This document shows, piece by piece, positions 45,966 to 56,656 of a DNA stretch of 64,000 bases (its first letter is position 1; every line of letters starts with the position of its first letter). The stretch lies in NCBI RefSeq assembly GCF_000315625.1, contig NW_005434664.1, positions 688,570 through 752,569 on the forward strand, in the 5' to 3' direction. This stretch comes from Guillardia theta CCMP2712. Its lineage: Eukaryota; Protista; Cryptophyta. The translations under genes were made by a program, and so were the position numbers. The notes under the pieces were generated by a model. It was not told the origin of the DNA. It did no database searches and was given only the letters and a program-made list of their open reading frames with translations.

Positions 45966-47681
45966 ATGTCCTCCAACACGTTGTCAGAGAAGGAGGCGCG
46001 AGAGATGAAAGCGAAGCTCGAAAAGGTTCTCTCCGCTCCTGTGCTGACGTCCCCCGGGTGACCCGTTGGCGCAAGGACGGGGTAGACGTGAACACCGTTC
46101 GAGATATCTTGACTCTCCTCATGGTGATGGAGCGACGTCAGGAGGTCAGAGGACTCTGACAGGTCCTGGCAGGACAAGGAGGTGCCCGTCCAGGTCTTGA
46201 TCGAGACCAAGATCGGAGTGACGGTGAAGGTAAGTGCACCCGAACGAGCTGCCGGATGCTAAGCCATGCGCGAGCAGAGCAAGCGAAGCGACGACGACAG
46301 GAAGGTCAGGCTGTTGTCGTCGTGCCTGTTAAGACATCTCATCCCTCCCTGTCCAGGTTGCGAAGCTTGCCTCGGAGCTCACCTCCAAGTGGAAAGAAGT
46401 CGTCGCTCGTTCCCGCCAGCCCGGCAGCAGCGCTGCTGGCCAGGAGAAGCCCAACAAGTCAGGTAGGGAGAGGGCGAGGCTGGCGGGTCTTCTAGTGTCT
46501 CAGCCTCTTGTCCCGCCCTGATCGTTGAGCAGCTGCGGGCGAAGGCTCCAACGGGAAGGAGAAGGTGAAGAGCGAGGACAAGGTCACCAAGAAGCCTGCG
46601 GAGCCCGTGGACGGCAAGAGGCTCAAGGTTCCCCGTGCTGTTCCTTTAGTCCTGCTGTGACTTGGCCTGCAGGTACGAGAGCTCTTCGAGAAGGCCTTCG
46701 CGGACTGGAAGGGAGAGTCCGACGTGGACAGGAAGGACCTGTCGGCGCGCATTGAGTCGGTTGTCGGCAGGAGGGGTCGGGGGTGTTTGAACCCTTACTG
46801 TGCAAGCAGGCGATGTACGAGCACTTTGGAGGAGCGAACGAGCAGGTCTCTTGTGTCTCATCCTCCTCCCCTCGCGCGCTGACGCCTCCTGCTCGCTTCT
46901 CAGTACCTCAACCATGCCAAGTCCGTCAAGTTCAACTTGTCGGATCCCAAGAACCCGGACTTCCGCTCTAAGGTGCAGCTCGTCGTGCCGTTTTTTGGTC
47001 GAGTGACTGTGAACACTCCTCGCAGGTCATTTTCGGGGACATCGATGCGGAGGAGATTCCCAAGCTCAGCAGCGGCCAGATGGCTGGGAAGGTGCTGGAC
47101 TGCTCTCCTGCTGCTTCACCTCAACTCACTCGCCATCACTCCCCTGTTTCATCTGTCAGCTCAACACTCCTTCTTCCTCTTCCTCTTCTTCCACTTCTCT
47201 TCCTCTTCCTCTTCCTCTTCCTCTTCCTCTTCTCTTGTCTTCGATTCTTATTTGTACGCCGCAGGACAAGATTGAGCAGAAGAAGGCCAACAAGGAGGAC
47301 AAGATCTTCCAAGACAAGGTGAAGTCAGCTGACGAGAGCTGCACACCCTTCAGATCGGGTTCATGACTGCCTCTTCTCTTCTCTAGATGTTCATCACTGC
47401 TGGGAACCTCGGAGCTGAGTCGGACATGTTTCAGTGCCGCAAGTGCAAACAAAAGAGGACCACGTGAGACAGTGTTCTCCTTCACTCCTTCTCTGACATC
47501 TTCTTGCCAGCTTCTATCAGAAGCAAACTCGATCTGCAGATGAGCCCATGACGGTATCCTCCCCCTCCTCCTCCCCCTCCTCCTCCTCATCTCTCGCATC
47601 CCCCGGCAGGCTGAGCTGCCGCTGCTGCAGGTTTTCATCACGTGCAAGAACTGCGGGCACGAGTGGCGAGACGGCGGCTGA
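45966..47681 (+). CDS. TFIIS: Transcription elongation factor S-II (TFIIS), many short exons
   Basis: LIETKIGVTVK...ASELTSKWK (domain I), KSVKFNLSDPKNPDFR (domain II), [39 protein letters not shown] (Zn ribbon). Confidence 0.95.
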
Positions 47682-47715
47682 GGCTCCTCAGCCCCCCCCC
47701 CCCTCCCGGCACTTG

Positions 47716-49193
47716 CTATGACGACACCGGCATCATCGCAAGTCGCTTCAACTCTTTTGCCAAGCTTTCAGACATGGAGCCACCAGCCTGAGCCAGCGCC
47801 CACAGACTGTCCGTGATGTCCTCCCCCGTGAAGCCCTGCACCATCTTCCCCGCCTGCTTCTTCAGCCCCTCATACAGCTCCTCGTCCGTCCTGCTGCGGA
47901 TCCCCTGCTCCGCGACTGATCGCATCGTCCTGCTGATCTCTCGTGCCTGCATGCTGGGGATGAGGCCGATGGCACGCTGCTTCAGCTTCTCGCTAAACTC
48001 TCCTGCTGCTCCTGCTGCTCCTCCTCCTCCTCCTCCTCTCCCCCCCGTTGATCGGCCCATCCCCCCAAGGATGTCCGCTACCTCGTCCGCACTGTAAGCC
48101 CCGACAAGCTCCTGCCCGCGCCCTACCAGCCGGTCGCTGAGCCCGGCTCCTCCCAGCGCCTCCTCGCCCACCTGCCCGAGAGACCAGAAGAGCATCGCGA
48201 CCTCCTTGCAGCCCAGCTCCCCCGCCAGCTCGTCCCGCACCAGACGCCTCGCGACGCTGCTCAGGAGCTGGGAGCTCTTGCTGGAGTCGCCACTGCCGTC
48301 GGCCGCTGCCGTTGCCGGCTCCGCTCCGCTGCCGGTGCTGCTGCCGGTGCTGCTGCCGGTGCCGGTGCTGCTGCCGGTGCTGCAGGAGCGGCGGGGGCCT
48401 GCTGGGCACCGGAGGAAGCTGAGCTGAGCCGGACGAGAGCCCAGGCGACGCGAGCGACGTCCCTGCCGGAGAAGAGATCGCTGACCTGAGCGGCGCGATC
48501 ACAAAGTCGGAGGATGACGTCATCGTTGACGGAGAAGTGGAGTCTCGCGAGAGCCTGTAGGAGGAGGGCGACGTGAGGAGGAGGGAGGGAGGAGGAGGCA
48601 GCAGCGATCTTGCTTGAGAGGTCAGCAAGGTATTTGTCGTTCCCGTTGGTCGTCAGCAGCGAGAAAGCCTCCAACACTCTGCATGCTTGTGATGTAGTCA
48701 AGTCGTTCACTGGGGGGAGCAAGGGAAGAAGATGCTCCTTGGCTCTAGAGCTGCTTGCGTTGCTGCCCTTGTAGCCGATGACCGCGACGGACCAGAAGAG
48801 GTCGGCGAACTGGCAGGGAGCGGGAAGCGATATCTCCTCAACCATCCTGCTCATCAAGACCTCCACAAGCATCATGCCAGACTTTCTTCGAAGATCAGGC
48901 CGCATGCTCTCCTCTTCATGCCCCTGACGTGTTGGGTGCAACCCCATGCCAGCTGGAGGCCTGCAGGGCTTGGCCAGCAGGTCTGGAGTCTCCAGCATGG
49001 GCAAGAAGCTCTTGCGGAAGGCGTTTGGCTTCTCCTCACCTCCCTTCCTCCTCCACGTCTCCGACGTCTCCACCCCGGTAGCTGGTCGGAGCATCCCGGA
49101 GCCGTGAAAGTCGTAAGGCATCCCGCAGAGCTCGCAGGTGTTGTCTCGGGCCACATTGCGATTGGGAATGAACACAGGGCAGGTCAGCGCCAT
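47716..49193 (-). CDS. Helical-repeat (OPR/FASTK-like) protein with N-terminal Cys/His motif; frame break near 48300-48410
   Basis: Repeats FADLFWSVAVIG, VALLLQALARL, VARVAWALVRL, VAMLFWSLGQV, ITDSLWALAQAG; N-terminal CPVF...CELCGMPYDFH. Confidence 0.6.
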
Positions 49194-49559
49194 GGCTGTC
49201 GTCCGAACTATTCCGATCTGATCACGCACATGTTGCTTGTGTTGGGTACCTCGCTTCCCTCCCTTCGTCCTTCAAAACGATGTCTGCCATGACTAGTTCG
49301 GTTCTAGCGCGGGCCTTCACTTGCTCTAACGATCAACAAAGTCAGAGAGAAACAACCTCCGTCAGCCTTGTCGACCTTCCTGTCCTTCCTCTCTGCCTCC
49401 CTACCCCAGCTTCTTCCTCAGTGGGCCTTGCCTTGCTTGTCCGATCATGCCTGCCTGCCTGCCTGCCTTCACGGTGCTCAGCCTAGTATCTGCTTCCTGT
49501 CTCTCCCTCCCTCTCTCACTGCGCCTGCATTGCTACCGTCCCGCCTAACTGACCGGTAG

Positions 49560-50300
49560 AAGCCCGGCAACGACACCCGGAGGCTTCCGAATCCTTGAAA
49601 CCCGGACCCGCCTCAGCTGAGACGGTCAAGGAGTGGCCCGGTCCGGGCCCCGGCCCGACCGCCCGCGGCCGGTACGGAGTACGGTACTACCGTACGTACC
49701 GGGGGGCCGGGCCGGGGTCCCCCGGGCCCCGCCGCCGGGCCCGACTCGGCGAGCGGCGGATCCGATCGGAGGCTCAGTCCGTGACTCGGCGGAGGCTCCC
49801 GACGCGGAGCCCGCCGGGCCGGCCGCCGCGACCGGCGACTCGGACCTGGCCGTGCGGCTAAGCCGGCGCGGCCGGCGGACGGACTCACCGCGGGGCCGGC
49901 GCGGCGGCACCGCAATGGCATGGCCGCGCAGTCACCGTGCGAGTCACGGAACGCCGGACCGTGCCACGCGACGTCTGATGTCCGACGGTCCTATCATCCT
50001 GGAGCCTGGCAGCAGCACTGCGCGGCGGCTTTGTGTGACGGACCGCCCGGCCGGTCCGACGGTCCGACGGGTCTCAGGCTCCCGCCCGGCCGCCGGCCGC
50101 CGGAACTCGCCGAGTCCGAGCGGTTCACGGTTCAACGGTTGGAAACTTGATCGGAACGAATTTTGCAGTTGGCAAACCCGCCGGGCTGCGCATTCCGCGG
50201 CTCAGTGCCAGAAAGTAACTCCTTCACTGATCGGACTGACGATGATCCGATGATCATCGGCGGGATAGCCGGCCTGACCAAGACGGTAAGACCGTCATGC
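49560..50300. repeat. GC-rich CCG/CGG mosaic core upstream of the OPR-like gene
   Basis: CCGG, CCGTACG, GTGACTCGG, GAGTCAC and GGAAACTTGA words as in the other cores; a shorter copy at 52855-52990 with (CGTAC)n. Confidence 0.6.
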
Positions 50301-51636
50301 CGTTCACAAGGCCATATGCAGGCTCTAGCAAAATTGGTCTTTTTTTTTCTCCTTGGGAAGGGGTTCATATATACACTTCCATTCAGCTACCCCGGTTTTT
50401 GCTCTCTTACTGGGGGGTAGTGAGACAGGGATAAAGTAGGGTGGGGTGATTTGAATTATACTGGCGTGGTACCCTGTCCCCCGCCTTACTTTTTGAAGCA
50501 CTTCATTTTAATTGTTTAGTCAGCGCTTCAATCGTACACATCTATGTACGGATGAAGTGCCTCTGGTACAGTCTGTACTATTCTTGTAAAGTGGTTTCGA
50601 CAGGCGTCTCGAATCAGCCTCCACCCTAGTGACTTCCTTTGTCTGGAGGGGTAGAGGACCGAAAGATTCTCTCATACCCGTGCATTTCACTGTATCACGG
50701 TACGTGGGGGTGCTAATGGAAAAGAAGGCATTTCGATTGCCGTTGGAGCTCACCACGCCAATACCCCCGGTTCCCCTTCATCACCTTTACGAAAGGCGGG
50801 GTGGGTAGCTAGCAAAGAATACAAATCTACCCTTTGATTCAAGAGTTTGAAATTGGGAAATAGGGGGTAGGGTGCTATCTCCACTCTCCTTTCCCCAAAT
50901 CCCCCCTCCCTGGGCAAGCAAGAGATGGCTGATTGATCCTTCACCCGCATGCAACGACAAGTCATCATGGTGAGAGGCTTCGAATCTATTGCTGCTTGAA
51001 TGTGGATGAGAATTTAATCGTCTAATGTATCCATGTAGATAGACTAAAACCTTTTCTTAGTCTCTGACTTTGAAAGAAAGTTTTGAATTCCGCTTCTATT
51101 ACATGACTGCATGACAGAGAAAGCTGTCTAGGAATGAAGATGTCTTTAGAATACATTGCAAAAGATGAATACACCTTTTCTGCTCTCTTATTCCTTGTTT
51201 CAAGCATGAGAGCCGTATGTACGAGGATTCAGAGAGGAAGTATGGTTTACAATGCTGCACCATCAGTTTGCAAATGAGGTGCTTTCATGCACTCCAATCT
51301 TGCAAATATGCTAGAAACATTCAAGTATTTGCAGTTCAGATCCTCAAAAGCAACATCTTCACATTATTTCTGCTTGAGCATGCATTCAAAATGCTCAAGG
51401 ATCAACATGCTCCACGTAGCTGCGGCGACATGGAAAGTCTGTTTCAACCACAGGATGAGAATCCTACAGCAATCAATGTGGCTTACTAGAGCTACAAGCA
51501 TACATTGTGCATAATTAGGTTTATTTGCAACTTTTTGATGTATCTCTGCTATGCAGGCACAACGAAGAAACCAATGTGAAGCTTATTGTGCTGACCATTG
51601 CGCATGTATTTGATGCTACTTGCGGTTGTCATTGTA

Positions 51637-51692
51637 ATTAGATTGTTGCAAAGAATGATACCTCATTAGATTGTTGCAAAGAATGATACCTC
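51637..51692 (+). repeat. 28-bp tandem duplication
   Basis: ATTAGATTGTTGCAAAGAATGATACCTC x2. Confidence 0.9.
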
Positions 51693-53110
51693 ATGAATTT
51701 ATAAAGATTTCTGCAATCAGATCACTACCACTTGTGATGTCGATCCCAAGCTTACAGTGAGTCGGAATGGTCTACAGGGGAAGCGAAGTTTTCATCATCA
51801 TTCAACCCCTGCATGCATTCTGCATTTATGTGAAATGAAAGAAGATACAGAAATGCTCTTTCGCACGGCCTCGAATGCAAGACTGAGATCACTTTATTTC
51901 ACAATAGAACAAATAATACATGTGTGCATACTGTGTTGACGGTTCAAATGTCCGACATCACAGCTAGATGAACGCTCAAAACTAATCCCACGCATCAAGA
52001 AATCAACACACTCTGCAAATCTCAGAAGTGGAGACTCTCGACGGTGTTCAAGGCTTAAGATGTCTTGATTGCCTCTGGCGGCATCAGTGTTTACATGCAA
52101 TCAAACATCCTCACTGCCGTAGGCGAAATGCATGCAGAAATCTTGTGAAACAATCTATGCAATGCTTGATGTCTAATATAACAAGTGGGCTTGACTAATT
52201 ACGTGGATCTGCAACCGTGATGATGCAATCTCCATCAAACAAATCTTCAAGGCATCGCATGTGGAAAATATGCAATTCAAAAATCATTCATCGCAGGGAA
52301 GTATCTTATGATTATTCTGCGCTGCCATAAGGTTGGTGTCAAGTCAAAATGACAAGCGATCTCCTACACTGGATTCAAACCTCATGTTTTCATCATCTTG
52401 TTCTTCATAATAACCTTTTGAACCATGGATCTCACAACGCCATTGCTGCACACTCTGTTGTCACCGAACGCATCACCACGAACCTAGCGGTCTCAGGTCT
52501 CAAACTGTGCTGACTAGAGAGCTTCAACCTAACAGAGCCTTGCATGCTGAGATGTGATGCTGGCTACAGCAGCGGATGGTCTTACAGCGGCATCGTTGGA
52601 GGAGCAGCTTTGGTGCTACGTGCCGGCGTGTAGGGGAGACATGAGTCGGGCGTGTACGGGGTTGAAAACATTTCAACCCTCTGAAATGAAAGTTAAAATA
52701 CATGTAAAGGCCTAGCAGAAATGATAACTAAACTGCACTGGTACTCTTTGGAGGTATCTCTTGCTGCCGTTGAAAACTTGTTTGAATTCACACGCCACCC
52801 CAAAAAAAACTTTCTCGAAAAGAAGAGTGGAAATTAACGAAAGGGCTAAAAGTTAGTGAACGGTACCGTACCGTACCGTACTACTGTCACGGGGCCTGGA
52901 TTAACAGTATGATAGTTACTACTGGCGCGGGTCGGAGTTACAATACGGTACTAGATCTGAAAGGGTCAGGCCGGCTCATAGGAGCCATGTTCCGAACATC
53001 ATCATCATGGCATCAGAGAGTCGAATATAGCACTGTTCGGGTCAGACGCTTGAAAACTGAGAGGGGGCGGCACACGTTGACTGTATGATGATGACAGCAG
53101 TGAATTGCTC

Positions 53111-53120
53111 TATATAAGGC
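53111..53120 (+). promoter_or_regulatory. Candidate TATA box
   Basis: TATATAAGGC about 240 bp upstream of the ORF at 53351; the same ATATAAGGC word occurs twice upstream of grxB on the minus strand. Confidence 0.35.
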
Positions 53121-53350
53121 GGCACGTACAGTTGCCTCTATAACGGGCAGCAACTTCAGTAGTAAACTAATCGGTCGTATCTCCTTCCGGCTCCTTGGAG
53201 TAAGTTAAGTTGTGCGGTGGTAAAGTTATGACCCCACCCATCAATATCCCCGATTGGATGCTGACAAGCACCGGTGCCTAGTACTCCCCCAATTTGCTCA
53301 AAAAGGGGCCCCGCAAGCATCGTCGCTCATCCTCCTGGCAGGCAGACACC

Positions 53351-53740
53351 ATGGTCAGGCTCTCCTCTTGTTCCTCTCCCGTCGAGGAGGCCATGAGCTC
53401 TCTCACTCCCTCCTCCTCCTCCTCCTCGCTATCTTCCTCCTGCCCTCCTGTCACGCTCGATACCTGGCAGCGGCAGCCCTCCTTTGGCGAGCTGGGCCTG
53501 TGCAACCAAGGGAGCGACATGGACTTGCTGTCAGATCACATGGAGCTGTTGTCGACCAACGGGTCTCCTCGCTCACAGTCAATCAAGTCGGAGTCATGTG
53601 ACTGGGTTGAGGAAGATGGGATTAGCCCTGGGGAATACAGGGAGAGGCAGCTCAAGGCTCTGGAGTACTGCATCGCCCTCCTATCTCAACAAGACCGTCC
53701 AGCCATATATGGGGCAACAGGCGAGAGGATTGCTCTCTGA
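53351..53740 (+). CDS. Hypothetical Ser-rich protein (129 aa)
   Basis: Open frame with coding-like codon usage, ACCATG context, upstream TATA-like site and AT-rich 3' region. Confidence 0.5.
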   Translation: MVRLSSCSSPVEEAMSSLTPSSSSSSLSSSCPPVTLDTWQRQPSFGELGLCNQGSDMDLLSDHMELLSTNGSPRSQSIKSESCDWVEEDGISPGEYRERQLKALEYCIALLSQQDRPAIYGATGERIAL

Positions 53741-54211
53741 GGAGAGCGAAGAAAGAAGAAAAATGAAAAAAGAAAAGAAGGAAAGCTTCTAATGCTACTT
53801 CAGAATTGTTATATTATGGTGTACTAGTATTGTTGTGAATAGATCCATGCCTCTTCTCTGGCATGAATAGATCAGTAGTCGTAGTTCGATCTACCTATGG
53901 ATGATAACGTGTATTGATAGTATTTAACGCGAAATGATGCAGTAAACTTAAACTTAATATCTTTCGACTTGTGCCAACTGAATCTCAGCGCAAGTTTTCT
54001 TAACATTCCATTCCTTGTCTGCCCGCATCCCGATCAAACATCAAAAGACAGCTGAGTGAAGCAAAGGACAGGTGAAGGAGCTTGACGAGTCCAGCAGAGT
54101 TTCAGCTGGAACCGTGAGAGTGGATGAGAGGTGAAGCGAGACTTTGTTCGCGCGATTCTCTTGTGAGTGAACTCTTAACGCTACGGCCTGCCTCCGGGAG
54201 TTGAGTGGTCA

Positions 54212-56417
54212 CCATTCTGGGGTCAAACCGCGGTAGTCGAACTTAACGCAAAAGAGGAATGCGTATGCTGTTCTCATAGGATACCGGTGGTAGTGTACCC
54301 CTTGGTTTTTGAGGGGTGTTGCTCGGTAATATCAGTGGTAGGGGTGCTTCATATTTTGAACTGGCGTGTCCATTTGTTTTAACGACAATGAATTGTTTAT
54401 TCGAATACATAGTACAAACAGTTGTACTGTGTAACGGTTCATAACTGCTAATTTGTATCATCTAAAACAATTTTGATGACCCACCCTCATCGACAGGGTG
54501 GGGAAACGCTCCCCATCATTCCCATCGTCAATCGCACACCGACATGCTGAGCCGCCGGGCGAGCACAGCAGCAAGGTCAACGAGCTGCCGCCATGAGCAC
54601 AGATGAAGGACCGCCGAGTAAGAAGATGATCGCAAGGTACACTTGGCATCAAGAATCCAGCACAAATTCTTACTTGGTGATCTTGCAGAAGTGGATCAAT
54701 CAGCATGAGTTCGTCATCCTACATTTCCGACGACTAAGTCAATCGTATCATCAATGTTCTCTTCAAGACTTCTGGGCTCTCAGAGTAATGTACTTTATCT
54801 AAAGACTCTCATGAACTGAATGATAATATCTGTAAGATCATGACGAGTCCGCTTAATTAAGGCGCAATCACATCTCACTTGACCCCCTCCTTGGCACGTC
54901 TTCTGTACGCTTCGTTACATCGTTGCTTCACATCTTCAGAACTTGAAGTTTGATGATATTTGATTCTTTAAAATATGCCAATTAGTTGACTCTGAGTCAC
55001 GAAGCTCTTGTTGAAGTATCTTCCCTCCTCTCTCCAAACTCTCCTCACTCAGGTCCTTTGGATGTTTGCACATTTGCTGAAATGCATGAACTTTGCTTTG
55101 CTTCCCTAAAGGCGGAGCTTGACGTCCAATTAAGCCTCAGATCATATCAGGGATCAAGTCTTGAGCTTGTAAGCTGGCATGCAAGAATCTATTGTGCGTT
55201 GCAACCAGACTGACATGGCCGCGTTGAATGTAGAATCAAGGTTGGAGGTGTTATGTGATTTGACATTTCTTATTCATTAGAAGCATTTATCTCAGCATGT
55301 CGAACTACCAGCAAATTGACACGGACTCCCAGTCAATGATAATGACAACCACAATAGCATATGGAATGTCTCCAACTGCGCGCACAACAGAATGGAAGCA
55401 CATCATGCTGCAGGTGCACTGCCATCCAACACCGTGCCGTTGGATTTGCTGTCTTCAAGAGTTGTCTACATTGTTTGTCATAAAGCGGCAAGGCTTTGAG
55501 CATGTGGACATGGATATATACAAGACTATGCATCTTTACAAAGTGTTTTTAAGTCATGCAACAAGAGATGCATCATTCAAAGGCGGAGAAGTTCAAACAT
55601 GATGTGAAAAAGTCATGTGGCACAGTGAAGCATCTCTCATAAATATGATATTCCATCCAGCACATGAAGATGAAGGTCTTCGTGGAATAAAGGTCTTGGA
55701 ATCTTGTAATACGTTTCAGCTGCAACCATTCAGAACCTAGTTCTCAACATCGCCAAGCTTTTGCTACCTGTTCACAACGATTAGAAAATGAACAATCCAC
55801 AGAAGAACTCTCTACCTGTGTGATGGAATGGGTTCATTTTCACCTTCTTCTCTCACAAAATACTTTCGAGTCTCTTCATGCTCGTGTGTGTTCGTGGTAT
55901 ACTCGTCCCCTTCCATAGAAACAGACAACCGGCACAGAGGTTTTGACGAAGAGAGATGTTGATGAGGCTCACCTGCTGCGAGTGACTGCAACTTGGGCAA
56001 ACATGCTCGCACAAAACTCAAACACTGAAGACAAGGATCGGCAGAGAAGAGCTTCGCGACATGAGAGAGGTATGGTGAGGGGAGACGCGCTGGGGTAGTG
56101 GGTGAAGGCGTGTAGAATTAAAACATTTTAGAAGGTACCAGGAAACGATGAGCTAAACATCCAAAATCAATTTTAATCACGGTTTTGAATATGGTTTGAA
56201 TTTGAACAGTACAAAATTTCAACCTGCGCGAATCACACACCGTGTACCCCCATTTTCCCATTCACCACCCCCTTGAGAATATAGGACGAAAACTACCGCG
56301 GTTTGACCCCAGAATGGGCAAAATTTCAACCTGCGCGAATCACACACCGTGTACCCCCATTTTCCCATTCACCACCCCCTTGAGAATATAGGACGAAAAC
56401 TACCGCGGTTTGACCCC
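54212..56417. mobile_element. Putative non-autonomous or decayed TIR DNA transposon with duplicated right end
   Basis: Perfect 26-bp inverted repeat CCATTCTGGGGTCAAACCGCGGTAGT (54212-54237) / ACTACCGCGGTTTGACCCCAGAATGG (56292-56317); AT-richer interior without intact ORF; no TSD found. Confidence 0.6.
56212..56417 (+). repeat. 99-bp direct duplication including most of the right TIR
   Basis: 56212-56310 and 56319-56417 are identical. Confidence 0.92.
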
Positions 56418-56656
56418 GGGTTCGGCCCCAACACCGCGGGGAGTTGCTGCCCTGGTTTCCCTCTGAGTGGGAGCCTTCAGCGTCTATCGGTCCCTCACTT
56501 CATCCTCTCCCTGTGAGGTCCCTCTTGTCCCTTGAGCTTCTCTACTGCGGCATGTAGGATGATTTTCTCTGTTGCTGATTCACCTGTCGTTCCTTCTTGT
56601 CACATGTCTGTGACTTATCTGTGCAAGCGTTCTACAATAGTTTCGGGCTCAACCTG

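Noticed and set aside
53895-53985. Possible box C/D snoRNA (ATGATA/ATGATG ... CTGA)
   Set aside because: Imperfect C box, weak terminal stem and no rRNA-complementary guide identifiable by eye
54219-54237. GGGGTC terminus suggesting a bacterial Tn3-family transposon
   Set aside because: The repeat is shorter than Tn3 IRs, with no 5-bp TSD and no transposase or resolvase
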